The position numbers were made by a program, and so were the translations under genes. This document shows, one piece after another, positions 55,603 to 63,630 of a DNA stretch of 64,000 nt. The notes below the pieces were generated by a model. That model ran no database searches, was not told the origin of the DNA, and was given only the letters and a program-made list of their open reading frames with translations. Source of the stretch: a virus; IMG/VR virus record IMGVR_UViG_3300015063_000004, positions 327 to 64,326 of that record. The stretch is one strand, 5' to 3'. Position 1 is the stretch's first letter, and each line of letters opens with the position of its first letter.

Positions 55603-55725
55603 TACCTCGGCGCAGAGGCGGGCGAGTTCGGACAGAACGCTTTCAATGTCTCCGACTCTGACAAAAGGCGTCTCTTCGCGAACCAACATCCACAACCGCG
55701 CCTCGGCCTGCTGCAACGGGGTCAT
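55423..55725 (-). CDS. Hypothetical protein, paralogue A of the MTPLQQ family
   Basis: Both termini shared with 57950-58285. Confidence 0.65.
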   Translation of the reverse strand: MTPLQQAEARLWMLVREETPFVRVGDIESVLSELARLCAEVARLRVVDDGMVELALLAHRKEATRTRNRIIPTGIKFDDYQSWVRHDAMRAALEAAMGRG

Positions 55726-55921
55726 GGCGCGGGGTCCGGTATGGGAAACTTTGCAGGCGCCATCCATTCGTCCATCTCCTCGGCGCATCGGCATGTATCC
55801 TTGCCTTCGCACCGTTTTCCGAAATGAGTTTCAGGCGCGCACTCACTGTCGAACTGCATCATGCGAAACCATCCCGCCCGCAGCCGCTCCACTTCCGCCC
55901 GCGACGCAGCGAGGTCGGCGG
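55722..55921. repeat. R4 copy A (200-bp perfect direct repeat; copy B 58497-58696)
   Basis: Base-by-base comparison. Confidence 0.92.
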
Positions 55922-56120
55922 ATAGGGCGACGGCAGCCGCCTTGGCACCAGCGCTATATCCCGCGCACCATGTCAACTGCGCAAATGTCGGGATACCGTG
56001 GTTGCGCCCCCACTCGATTATGTCGGACGGGCATTGTTCGGCCGCGAGGCCAAGCCAATCGGTGCGTGTCGCACGCTCCCGCGCCTCGGCGGCGAGGGTG
56101 AGGGGGTTAGGTTGGGTCAT
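55722..56120 (-). CDS. Hypothetical protein, paralogue A of the LAAEARERA family
   Basis: C-terminal ~65 aa identical to 58497-58835. Confidence 0.65.
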   Translation of the reverse strand: MTQPNPLTLAAEARERATRTDWLGLAAEQCPSDIIEWGRNHGIPTFAQLTWCAGYSAGAKAAAVALSADLAASRAEVERLRAGWFRMMQFDSECAPETHFGKRCEGKDTCRCAEEMDEWMAPAKFPIPDPAP

Positions 56121-56344
56121 GGTGCAAATCTCCTGCATTGCCACCAAAAGTCTGCACCACCATCAAGGTAATGGTGCTTGCAAATCCGGCGCTTCCATAT
56201 GCGGCGCAACCACACTAAGCCGCCATCATATGTTTCGCGTGGCAACCACGCGAACGACTTGATCCAAGGGCCGCATGGATCGCCGAACACTGGAACGAAA
56301 TCACTTGCGCTCCGCGAGAATTTCGTAAACTGGTAGATACTCAT
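56117..56344 (-). CDS. Hypothetical protein
   Basis: ATGA coupling. Confidence 0.55.
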   Translation of the reverse strand: MSIYQFTKFSRSASDFVPVFGDPCGPWIKSFAWLPRETYDGGLVWLRRIWKRRICKHHYLDGGADFWWQCRRFAP

Positions 56345-56616
56345 CCCCCGTCTCCCCGCGCTGCGGCCAGTGCTGCGCGTGCTGCTTCCAATGCGCGCAG
56401 CCCTTGCGTTGGCATGGGCAGCATATCTTCGCAGTCGGTGACGAAGTTTTTCAGCAGCGTGAGCGCATCCACCAGCACCGCGAACGCATTATGCTCCCGC
56501 ACGATTTGGGCGGCTTCCGGCCAATTAGCGGCGGATGCAATCAACTCGTCTCGACAATATATCTCAGCCTTGTCCTCCCACTGCACAACGCGCCACTCGT
56601 CCCGCTGCTGGGTCAT
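56341..56616 (-). CDS. Hypothetical protein
   Basis: ATGA coupling, SD GGAGG. Confidence 0.6.
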   Translation of the reverse strand: MTQQRDEWRVVQWEDKAEIYCRDELIASAANWPEAAQIVREHNAFAVLVDALTLLKNFVTDCEDMLPMPTQGLRALEAARAALAAARGDGG

Positions 56617-56789
56617 GGCTTGCCTCCACGCGCAAGCCATCGTTCGGCAGCCCGCGCGTTATCCCGAAGCCAGTCCGCATAAGCCGGGAACATCTTCATT
56701 TGGCGCACACGGCTTTCTTCCTCGTGGCACGCTGATATTGTTTCCATCGCGGCTTCTTGTGCTTCGATTGTAAATCCGCGTTCGCTCAC
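56613..56789 (-). CDS. Hypothetical protein, 58 aa (not in the ORF track)
   Basis: GTGA and ATGA overlaps exactly fill the gap. Confidence 0.55.
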   Translation of the reverse strand: MSERGFTIEAQEAAMETISACHEEESRVRQMKMFPAYADWLRDNARAAERWLARGGKP

Positions 56790-57430
56790 GTCCGCCCCTC
56801 CCGCTCCATCGCATCGGCCATGCGGTCGAGTAGGGCGGCGACGGCCAAGTATCCTTTGTCGTTGTTTACCTCTGCATAGCGGCGCATAAACTTCGCGCTA
56901 CTATGCAAATCCTCCGCACTCGGCTCCTGCACTTTCGGCGGGTCGAGCGCGTCGGCGGCGGCGCGGAGGGCGGACCAGCAATCGCGCACGGCGGTAAAGC
57001 TGTGGAGTTGCTCAAAACCCGCATCCACCATCGCGGATGTGGGCCTGACTGGCACCAGCGCGTAGCCTGCGGGCACCGTGCGTGCCTGCTTCCCCGCCGC
57101 CTCCCTAATCGCCCCCTCCCGCCATTTCAGCACCGCCAGCACCGCGCGCATTTCGTCGGGGGACAACTCGCCGGCGGCGAGGCGGATTGCGCTCGGTGTC
57201 AGCACCAGCATATCCGCAGCGCCGTGCAGCGCGTGGCGGGCGGCGCGCTCGGTGGCGGCGTCCACGAACGGCTGGATGGCGGATAGGGCTGCGGTGGCAG
57301 CCGAAAGCATGGTTTCCCATAGCTGCTGGCCATCATCGTCGATGACAGTATCGGGGTCGTCGCCGCCATCGCTGCACAGCGCCCGCGCCGCAGCCTCGAT
57401 CGCGGCGGGAAGGGTGGAGAGGACGGTCAT
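56786..57430 (-). CDS. Hypothetical protein, paralogue B of the MTVLSTLP family
   Basis: Shared N-terminus; C-terminus LDRMADAMEREGRT resembles 58832-59221. Confidence 0.7.
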   Translation of the reverse strand: MTVLSTLPAAIEAAARALCSDGGDDPDTVIDDDGQQLWETMLSAATAALSAIQPFVDAATERAARHALHGAADMLVLTPSAIRLAAGELSPDEMRAVLAVLKWREGAIREAAGKQARTVPAGYALVPVRPTSAMVDAGFEQLHSFTAVRDCWSALRAAADALDPPKVQEPSAEDLHSSAKFMRRYAEVNNDKGYLAVAALLDRMADAMEREGRT

Positions 57431-57469
57431 GCAATGGCGCTCCCGGCGAAAGTCAGGTCCGTCTTTCCG

Positions 57470-57574
57470 TCAGGCCAAACCCGCGACTGCTTCGATGCGC
57501 GCGGCAAGTCGGCCGCTCTTGGCGATGATGCGGGCGAGCCTTTCGGCGGCGCTGTTGTCAGATAGGGCGGTCAT
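57470..57574 (-). CDS. 34-aa ORF ending inside repeat R1 in a shifted frame (possible remnant)
   Basis: ATGA coupling upstream; its stop falls in DNA that codes WPDGKT... in copy A. Confidence 0.4.
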   Translation of the reverse strand: MTALSDNSAAERLARIIAKSGRLAARIEAVAGLA

Positions 57575-57777
57575 GGCTGCGTCTCCTGCCTCGGCGGCTC
57601 GCACGGGGCGACGTAGCGGTAGCCGAGTTCATACGCCTTTTTGGGTTCGACCCACTCGCTGCCCCAACACCCTTCCTGTCGCCATTCAGCCGGCCCAGGT
57701 TCCTCGCCCCGGAACGACACCCAATGCCACCGCTTCCCCCGATGCTCGGCCGGCGGTTCGCAGCGCGGGGCGGTCAT
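57571..57777 (-). CDS. Hypothetical protein, paralogue B of the MTAPRCEPP family
   Basis: Shared first 20 aa. Confidence 0.65.
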   Translation of the reverse strand: MTAPRCEPPAEHRGKRWHWVSFRGEEPGPAEWRQEGCWGSEWVEPKKAYELGYRYVAPCEPPRQETQP

Positions 57778-57950
57778 GGCTTGGGCATCGGCGGAACAAT
57801 TCCGCCGTAATCATTTGGAGCATAGAACTCCACCCGCTTAATCGTTCCGTCCTGGTGATATTCGTAGGACTTCACCAGTGGGCATTTGCCCGGATGTTCC
57901 TTGCCGCAGTAGGCACAATGCCTGTTCGACGTGGCCGCCGTGACTTCCAT
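57774..57950 (-). CDS. Small zinc-binding protein
   Basis: CAYCGKEH...CP. Confidence 0.6.
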   Translation of the reverse strand: MEVTAATSNRHCAYCGKEHPGKCPLVKSYEYHQDGTIKRVEFYAPNDYGGIVPPMPKP

Positions 57951-58285
57951 CACCCTCTCCCCATCGCCGCTTCGAGCGCAGCGCGCATGGCGTCGTGGCG
58001 AACCCAACTCTGGTAATCGTCAAACTTTATGCCAATTGGCATGATGCTGTTCCGGGTTCGAGTCGCTTCTTTGCGGTGTGCCAGCAAAGCCCTCTCCACC
58101 ATCGCATCATCCACCACCCGCAGCCGCGCGATCTCCGCAACCGCTGCGGCGTGCGCGGCGCGGAGGCGGACGAGTTCGGTGAGTAACAGCAACACGTCGC
58201 TTTCCAGCAGTGGAACGTCGCCTGCGCTTTCGCACTCAGCGACGTGTTCACGCAACCGCGCCTCAGCCTGCTGCAACGGGGTCAC
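57950..58285 (-). CDS. Hypothetical protein, paralogue B of the MTPLQQ family
   Basis: Shared termini with 55423-55725. Confidence 0.65.
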   Translation of the reverse strand: MTPLQQAEARLREHVAECESAGDVPLLESDVLLLLTELVRLRAAHAAAVAEIARLRVVDDAMVERALLAHRKEATRTRNSIMPIGIKFDDYQSWVRHDAMRAALEAAMGRG

Positions 58286-58500
58286 GTCTCATCCTCCACC
58301 CTCTTGTTCCACTCAATCGCAGCATCCTCGCACCAGTCCGCAACCGGCCCATATCCGGTGCGAACGTCGCCCGACTGCGCGCCGCAGTTGGTGCATTGAA
58401 CCATTCCCCACTTGGGGCGGCTGATTTCGTCGATGCCGCGATAGCACTGCGGTTGCTGGGGGATGCCGCCACAGAATGGACACGGCTTGAGGACAATCAT
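58282..58500 (-). CDS. lar: Lar-family restriction alleviation-like zinc-ribbon protein
   Basis: LKPCPFCGG...VQCTNCGAQ...AAIEWNKR. Confidence 0.72.
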   Translation of the reverse strand: MIVLKPCPFCGGIPQQPQCYRGIDEISRPKWGMVQCTNCGAQSGDVRTGYGPVADWCEDAAIEWNKRVEDET

Positions 58501-58835
58501 GGCGCGGGGTCCGGTATGGGAAACTTTGCAGGCGCCATCCATTCGTCCATCTCCTCGGCGCATCGGCATGTATCCTTGCCTTCGCACCGTTTTCCGAAAT
58601 GAGTTTCAGGCGCGCACTCACTGTCGAACTGCATCATGCGAAACCATCCCGCCCGCAGCCGCTCCACTTCCGCCCGCGACGCAGCGAGGTCGGCGGTAAG
58701 GGTGGTGATGGCGGTGGCGCATCGCTCAAAACTGGCGGCGGCGTATGGGTTTTTCGCCATGCCCAGCCAACCGTCGCGCAGTGCTTCCGCACGCTCCCGC
58801 GCCTCGGCGGCGAGGGCGGTGGGGTCAGGGGTCAT
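58497..58835 (-). CDS. Hypothetical protein, paralogue B of the LAAEARERA family
   Basis: C-terminus identical to 55722-56120. Confidence 0.65.
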   Translation of the reverse strand: MTPDPTALAAEARERAEALRDGWLGMAKNPYAAASFERCATAITTLTADLAASRAEVERLRAGWFRMMQFDSECAPETHFGKRCEGKDTCRCAEEMDEWMAPAKFPIPDPAP

Positions 58836-59221
58836 GTCCGCCCCTCCCGCTCCTTCGCCTCGGCCATGCGGTCGAGGGCGGCGCGGGCAAGTCGCATTGA
58901 CAGGTTATGGTGAACAGGACCAAGTTTGTTGATCTCGATATAGTTGGCGGTCTCATTGTAAAGAACTCGAAGGGCCGTTCGTAATTGCTGCGCTTCCTCC
59001 CGCAGCCGCGCCACCTCCGCCGTTAGCTGCTGCACCGCTGCGTGGTCGGCGACGATGGTGGCGTGCGCAAAGTCTGCCATCCACACTGCAATGTCATTGC
59101 TAAGCGATGTGCCGTCGATAAATCGCTTCCACGTTGGCTTGGCTTCCACGATCTGCTGCGCAGCGTCGAGTAGGTGCGGCCACTCCGCGCTCGCGGGCTG
59201 CGGTTGGGTGGGGGCGGTCAT
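58832..59221 (-). CDS. Hypothetical protein
   Basis: ATGA coupling; coiled-coil segment. Confidence 0.6.
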   Translation of the reverse strand: MTAPTQPQPASAEWPHLLDAAQQIVEAKPTWKRFIDGTSLSNDIAVWMADFAHATIVADHAAVQQLTAEVARLREEAQQLRTALRVLYNETANYIEINKLGPVHHNLSMRLARAALDRMAEAKEREGRT

Positions 59222-59225
59222 GGGT

Positions 59226-59876
59226 TCAGTCTTTCACGACAAGGGAGGCGGCGAGCGCGTCAGAAAGGCGCTTCTTCTCGGCTGCTAGAATTGCGTTGTG
59301 TTGCGCCTGGATGCCAGCGCGGATGGAAACGATTGCCGCTGTGGTAGCTTTTTCAATCTCCATCTTGAAGCGACCATCCAAGGCTTTCGCGACAAGATAT
59401 TCAATGCGAGGCACCGCGTTGTTGTAATAATCCCTCTTGGCCGGCTTGCCATCATTGCTCACCGTAGCTGTTAGGTATTCCCGCCCATAAAGCCCGATGA
59501 ACTCGCGCATTGTGACTGGCGCCTTATCACCGAAGCTTGGCGCAATCGGCGCGTCGATGATCTCGGTTGTCACGGAGTCCAGCGCGGCGGTCGCCTTTGC
59601 GTCGATCAGCTCAATACACTTGTCCTCAATCGCCTGGGCGATCTGAGCATCACGATGATTGCCTACGATCAGCCGCGCAGCCGCCTCGACAACGAGGTTT
59701 TCCATCTCGTTCATCGTGAAGCCGCGCATCTGGACGTGGAACTCAAATGGCGTTCGCTCCGGGCCGTCAGTAGCGGAAATCATGGACGGGACATCACCCG
59801 GCTCGCTCTGCTCATCCCATTCAGCTTCGGCAATCTCGTGCGTATCAACGATAGTCTTAGGTATGGCCTTGCTCAT
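59226..59876 (-). CDS. Hypothetical protein
   Basis: 216-aa ORF in operon orientation. Confidence 0.7.
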   Translation of the reverse strand: MSKAIPKTIVDTHEIAEAEWDEQSEPGDVPSMISATDGPERTPFEFHVQMRGFTMNEMENLVVEAAARLIVGNHRDAQIAQAIEDKCIELIDAKATAALDSVTTEIIDAPIAPSFGDKAPVTMREFIGLYGREYLTATVSNDGKPAKRDYYNNAVPRIEYLVAKALDGRFKMEIEKATTAAIVSIRAGIQAQHNAILAAEKKRLSDALAASLVVKD

Positions 59877-59938
59877 ATTATTTGTGCCTCACAACTAGAT
59901 TTGATTGCCCATTCGACAACACAGCCCAGGCCATCCCC

Positions 59939-60388
59939 TCACTCCCCATCCGCGATGTGTCGGAGGTAGACGGCGACGCGGTGCTGACGTTCATACGCGC
60001 CCGTTTCCGGCCAGTAGTTGTCGAGGCTTTGCGCAGTGAGTAGCAAATCCTCCTTGCTCGGCTTCACTGGCGCGGGCGGGTCGATGCGGTCGGCTTCGGC
60101 ACGGAGGGCATCGGCAACCCTCCGTGCAGGCTCGCCACTGATGCGCGTGTATATTGCGGTTGCAACGCCCCGGAGTTCCGACGCGCTTATGCCGCCAAAC
60201 TCCGACGCCCACGCCCGCCCCGGCAGCAGGCCCTGGCGCTCTAGCTCGGGCAGATGACGGATAGCAACCGAAGCAGCAACATCGCACGTTTCCAAAGCCC
60301 ATCTAACTGTGCGGAACTCGCGCGCAAGACTCTTCACGGCGCGCGGGTCGGGCTGCTGGCTGTCGCGGGCTGCGGTGGGGTGGGTCAT
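59939..60388 (-). CDS. Hypothetical protein
   Basis: SD GAGG before ATG at 60388. Confidence 0.55.
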   Translation of the reverse strand: MTHPTAARDSQQPDPRAVKSLAREFRTVRWALETCDVAASVAIRHLPELERQGLLPGRAWASEFGGISASELRGVATAIYTRISGEPARRVADALRAEADRIDPPAPVKPSKEDLLLTAQSLDNYWPETGAYERQHRVAVYLRHIADGE

Positions 60389-60395
60389 GTCAACC

Positions 60396-60755
60396 TCAAA
60401 GGTCCGGCGCCAAGCCAGCGCCATTGCGTGCCAAGTCGATTGCTTCCTCGGTATCGCCGGGCCGCAAGTTGCGCACAGCCTTCCACATCGCGCGTTGCTC
60501 CCGGCGACGGCGCTTCCGCTCCACCAGCCGCCGCGCAATCGACTCTGCATCGGTTGTGGCAAGAGCCGCCATGATCTGGTTGTAAGTGCAGTTCCGCAGG
60601 GACAGCAGGAACGTGCTGGACGTCGCCGATACTGCCTCGGGATACATGCGCTCGATATAGGCGGCGACCTCTTTGCCGATGTCCATTGCGATCTCTTTCA
60701 CCAGATCGCGCGGGATTGGTTGCGGCGGCAGAGCGGGCAGGTTATCCCCCATCAC
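60396..60755 (-). CDS. Hypothetical protein
   Basis: GTGA coupling with the RecT-like gene. Confidence 0.65.
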   Translation of the reverse strand: MMGDNLPALPPQPIPRDLVKEIAMDIGKEVAAYIERMYPEAVSATSSTFLLSLRNCTYNQIMAALATTDAESIARRLVERKRRRREQRAMWKAVRNLRPGDTEEAIDLARNGAGLAPDL

Positions 60756-61678
60756 GCCGCCGCCCGATCTTCGCCATCGACGGGCGGGGTGTCGTCGCCG
60801 GGCGGTGCCACGGTAGCCGCCGCCACCATCCGCTCAACGTCCGCCGCCGCCGCCGGGTCGAACTCCCGCACCGCCTCGATTTGCGCGACGTTCAGCCCGT
60901 GGGCACTGACGATCTTCTCGGGGACGCCGGCCTTCTGGCACTGGTCGATAAGGCTGCGCCATTTGGCGATCCACTCGCTGCCAGTGCGCAAGATAACGCC
61001 GCCGTTGCGCGTGGCGAACGGGTATTCGGGGCCGGTGGGTTCGTCCGCAAGCGGCACGCTGGCGTTGATCGCGTCGCGGGTGCCGACGCTCTCGCCAGTA
61101 TCCACAACGCGCTCGCCTTCGATCACGCCAAACTCGGGATCGTCCAGTTCTTCCTTCGTGTAAACGCCAAGGATCACGCCCGGCGTCCAGCGCCGCGCCC
61201 AAACCCGGGCCGAGTGATAGACCAACATTTGATCCGGCGACTTCTTCCAATGCTCGTTGTCGGTCTTGGCGTCCTTCCAAACAACCGACACTTCGCGCGG
61301 CTCTTTCTCGCCGCGACGGGTTGCCGACGCGATGACGCACCGATCCGGCCCGGTTCCTTCAAAGCGGTAATCCATCAGGCCGGTAATCGCGTGGCTGTTT
61401 TCCACAGCCGCCGCCACAAGCTTGCCCTCATACCCGAGTCGCCCTTTGTAAACGAATGTTGCCTGGGCGACGGCAATCGGCGACATTTCCCAGCGCATCG
61501 CTTGGTCAATGACCAGCAAGCACGCGCCGGGATCGTTGGCGAAGTGTGCAGGCAACATACTCTTGGCGCGCGACATCATATCCGCGAGTTTGATGGCTTG
61601 GTCCATGTTCTGCGGGATCATCACGCCAGTTGCCGTGGTAGCGACAGCGGTGCGCGGTGCGGAAGTGGTGACAGACAT
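60752..61678 (-). CDS. recT: RecT-like single-strand annealing protein
   Basis: A.MMS...LPAHF..DPG.C...AMRWEMSP.AVAQ...GRLGYEGKL...WK..PDQML.Y...R.WAR. Confidence 0.8.
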   Translation of the reverse strand: MSVTTSAPRTAVATTATGVMIPQNMDQAIKLADMMSRAKSMLPAHFANDPGACLLVIDQAMRWEMSPIAVAQATFVYKGRLGYEGKLVAAAVENSHAITGLMDYRFEGTGPDRCVIASATRRGEKEPREVSVVWKDAKTDNEHWKKSPDQMLVYHSARVWARRWTPGVILGVYTKEELDDPEFGVIEGERVVDTGESVGTRDAINASVPLADEPTGPEYPFATRNGGVILRTGSEWIAKWRSLIDQCQKAGVPEKIVSAHGLNVAQIEAVREFDPAAAADVERMVAAATVAPPGDDTPPVDGEDRAAA

Positions 61679-61679
61679 T

Positions 61680-62186
61680 TTAGCGGCTCCTGATAGAGAT
61701 TGAAGGCATTCCGTTGCTAATCTCAGCCCCTGGCACCACGACACCTTGCTTGATCGCTTCGGTTACGGCGGTTTTGTCTACGGATCGCACGCTGCGCCAG
61801 TATTCGTCAGGGATCGAGTTTTCGTCTGTGACAAGCAGCGATGGCTTTCCCTTTGCAATCGAAGCGGTCAGGTCTGGTGCTTCGATGCGCTTTTTGTCGA
61901 GTGCGTCCATCGCGGCGAAGGCAATGCCGCGCAGTCGATCCCGGCGGCGCTTGTAGCGGTCGGCGCGGTCCTTTGTGTTAGCGGCCATCGTGGCTGCCAT
62001 GTCGGCCATTGCGTCGGCCATTTGGGCAGCGCGCAGGACCGCCAACAACGCCGTTTCCACGTCTGCCGCTTCGTCGGGCAGCAGCGCATCCACGTCGATA
62101 TTCAAGTCGCCATCTTCTCCGCGCAGGGACGTGATGCCGCCGTGGAGAGCCGCTAGGGCTTGGGACAGGCGGTATGCTTCGCTCAC
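61680..62186 (-). CDS. Siphovirus Gp157-like protein
   Basis: Helical N-terminus, IAKGKPSLLVTDENSIPDEY...VDKTAV.EAIKQG..VPGA. Confidence 0.78.
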   Translation of the reverse strand: MSEAYRLSQALAALHGGITSLRGEDGDLNIDVDALLPDEAADVETALLAVLRAAQMADAMADMAATMAANTKDRADRYKRRRDRLRGIAFAAMDALDKKRIEAPDLTASIAKGKPSLLVTDENSIPDEYWRSVRSVDKTAVTEAIKQGVVVPGAEISNGMPSISIRSR

Positions 62187-62359
62187 AGCACCACCCTCAC
62201 AACCTGCGTTCCCGCGTCCACCGCCCATTCCCCGCCGCCGACCCACAGCAGCACGCCGCCCGCGATGGGGCGTGTGGCGCGAACCTGGGCGGTGCTATCC
62301 CCCCAGCGGATCGTGTCGCCGGGGCGTAGCTGCGCGGCGGGGATGGGCGTGTAGGTCAT
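62183..62359 (-). CDS. Small protein, 58 aa (not in the ORF track)
   Basis: MTYTPIPAAQLRPGDTIRW; overlaps fill the gap. Confidence 0.55.
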   Translation of the reverse strand: MTYTPIPAAQLRPGDTIRWGDSTAQVRATRPIAGGVLLWVGGGEWAVDAGTQVVRVVL

Positions 62360-62781
62360 GGCTTCTTCCCCCTCGCGGCTTCAACGGCGGCTATGGCGGC
62401 GTTGAACTCGCTCCATTCAACTGGCCCGGATCGCCCGGCGGAAACTATCTTTGCCTGCCGCAGCAGCTCCGCAACCGGGTCAGCCGGCTCGCGGGCAGCG
62501 CGGAGGGCTAGAACGGCCGACGTTAACTCGTAGGCAACCGGCGACAGTCCACTGGTCAACACGCCGCCCAATGCTAAAGCGTAGGCCTCTCCCGCCTCCA
62601 CCACGCGCCGCTCAAAAGCGGTCAGGGGCGCGGGTTTGGTGTAAGGGGTGATGGATGCAAGCACAAGAATGCGGCCAGTGCCTGCGGGCCAATCGGGAAT
62701 ATTGAGATACCCGGCAACATTTGGCCCATTTACGGAACTTTCAATCTCCACCACCCACTTCTCGCCCGGCTGCGGGGTCAT
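62356..62781 (-). CDS. Hypothetical protein
   Basis: SD GGAG. Confidence 0.6.
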   Translation of the reverse strand: MTPQPGEKWVVEIESSVNGPNVAGYLNIPDWPAGTGRILVLASITPYTKPAPLTAFERRVVEAGEAYALALGGVLTSGLSPVAYELTSAVLALRAAREPADPVAELLRQAKIVSAGRSGPVEWSEFNAAIAAVEAARGKKP

Positions 62782-62819
62782 GGCTTGATCTCCAACATCG
62801 CTTCTTCACGGCCCAGCTG

Positions 62820-63092
62820 TCAGCCCTCCACGATTGCGTCAGCAGGCACCGGCAGCGAATTAGCCCGCAATTCCGGCCAAATCCCCCGCCCCGCCAGATA
62901 CGCCCGAAACCGCCCCGCGCGCTGCCGTTCCGCGTATTTGCGGTGCCAGTTGGCCTCTGCGTATTCCAGCAGCAAATCCGAGTTGCACGGCCCGCGCGTT
63001 TCCCGCCATTCGGCGATCAGGTCGCGCATTTTCCATACCCAATGCGTGGCGGTCTCGGATAGGTGGGCCTGCTGGCGGGCGTGAGGGGTCAT
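62820..63092 (-). CDS. Hypothetical protein
   Basis: ATGA coupling. Confidence 0.55.
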   Translation of the reverse strand: MTPHARQQAHLSETATHWVWKMRDLIAEWRETRGPCNSDLLLEYAEANWHRKYAERQRAGRFRAYLAGRGIWPELRANSLPVPADAIVEG

Positions 63093-63433
63093 GGCTCCAA
63101 CTCCAATGCCGCCGCCGCTTCGCGAACGCAAACTTGGCAGAACGTCTTGCCCTCATATTCGCCAATCTGGACGGCACGCTCAACATCGTCATTGCAACCA
63201 TTGCAAGAGATATACGTCCATGACTTGTTGCCGATCACCTTGGCCGCGTCGGCAATGGACGGATTTTCTCCAAGCGCAACAAGTCGGTCGTAGGTGTCTT
63301 TCGATGAGCCGCTAACCGTATTGCGCCATTCTCCACCGCGCCCATACTGCTCATGCCACCGCTCGGCGACACCGCGTGCGGATGCGCGAACGATTGTCAC
63401 ATACTTTGCGCGCATGCGGATGCAGTCAGTCAT
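63089..63433 (-). CDS. Zinc-finger hypothetical protein
   Basis: CNGC...FCQVC. Confidence 0.6.
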   Translation of the reverse strand: MTDCIRMRAKYVTIVRASARGVAERWHEQYGRGGEWRNTVSGSSKDTYDRLVALGENPSIADAAKVIGNKSWTYISCNGCNDDVERAVQIGEYEGKTFCQVCVREAAAALELEP

Positions 63434-63630
63434 GACGCCACCCGCGCGATCATCGGCACCCGAAACAGCCACGCGGCCGCAGCCTCGTAACTGCCGAACG
63501 TCTCAACTTCGTCGCCCCGACGCGCCCGGTAGGTGCAGATAGGCACGCCGTCCATGTCCGTGCCGGGACACGCCATGACGCTGCCGCCGATCACGGCGGG
63601 GTGCGGGGTGCGGGGCGTTTCGGGGGTCAT
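63430..63630 (-). CDS. Hypothetical protein
   Basis: ATGA coupling. Confidence 0.5.
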   Translation of the reverse strand: MTPETPRTPHPAVIGGSVMACPGTDMDGVPICTYRARRGDEVETFGSYEAAAAWLFRVPMIARVAS

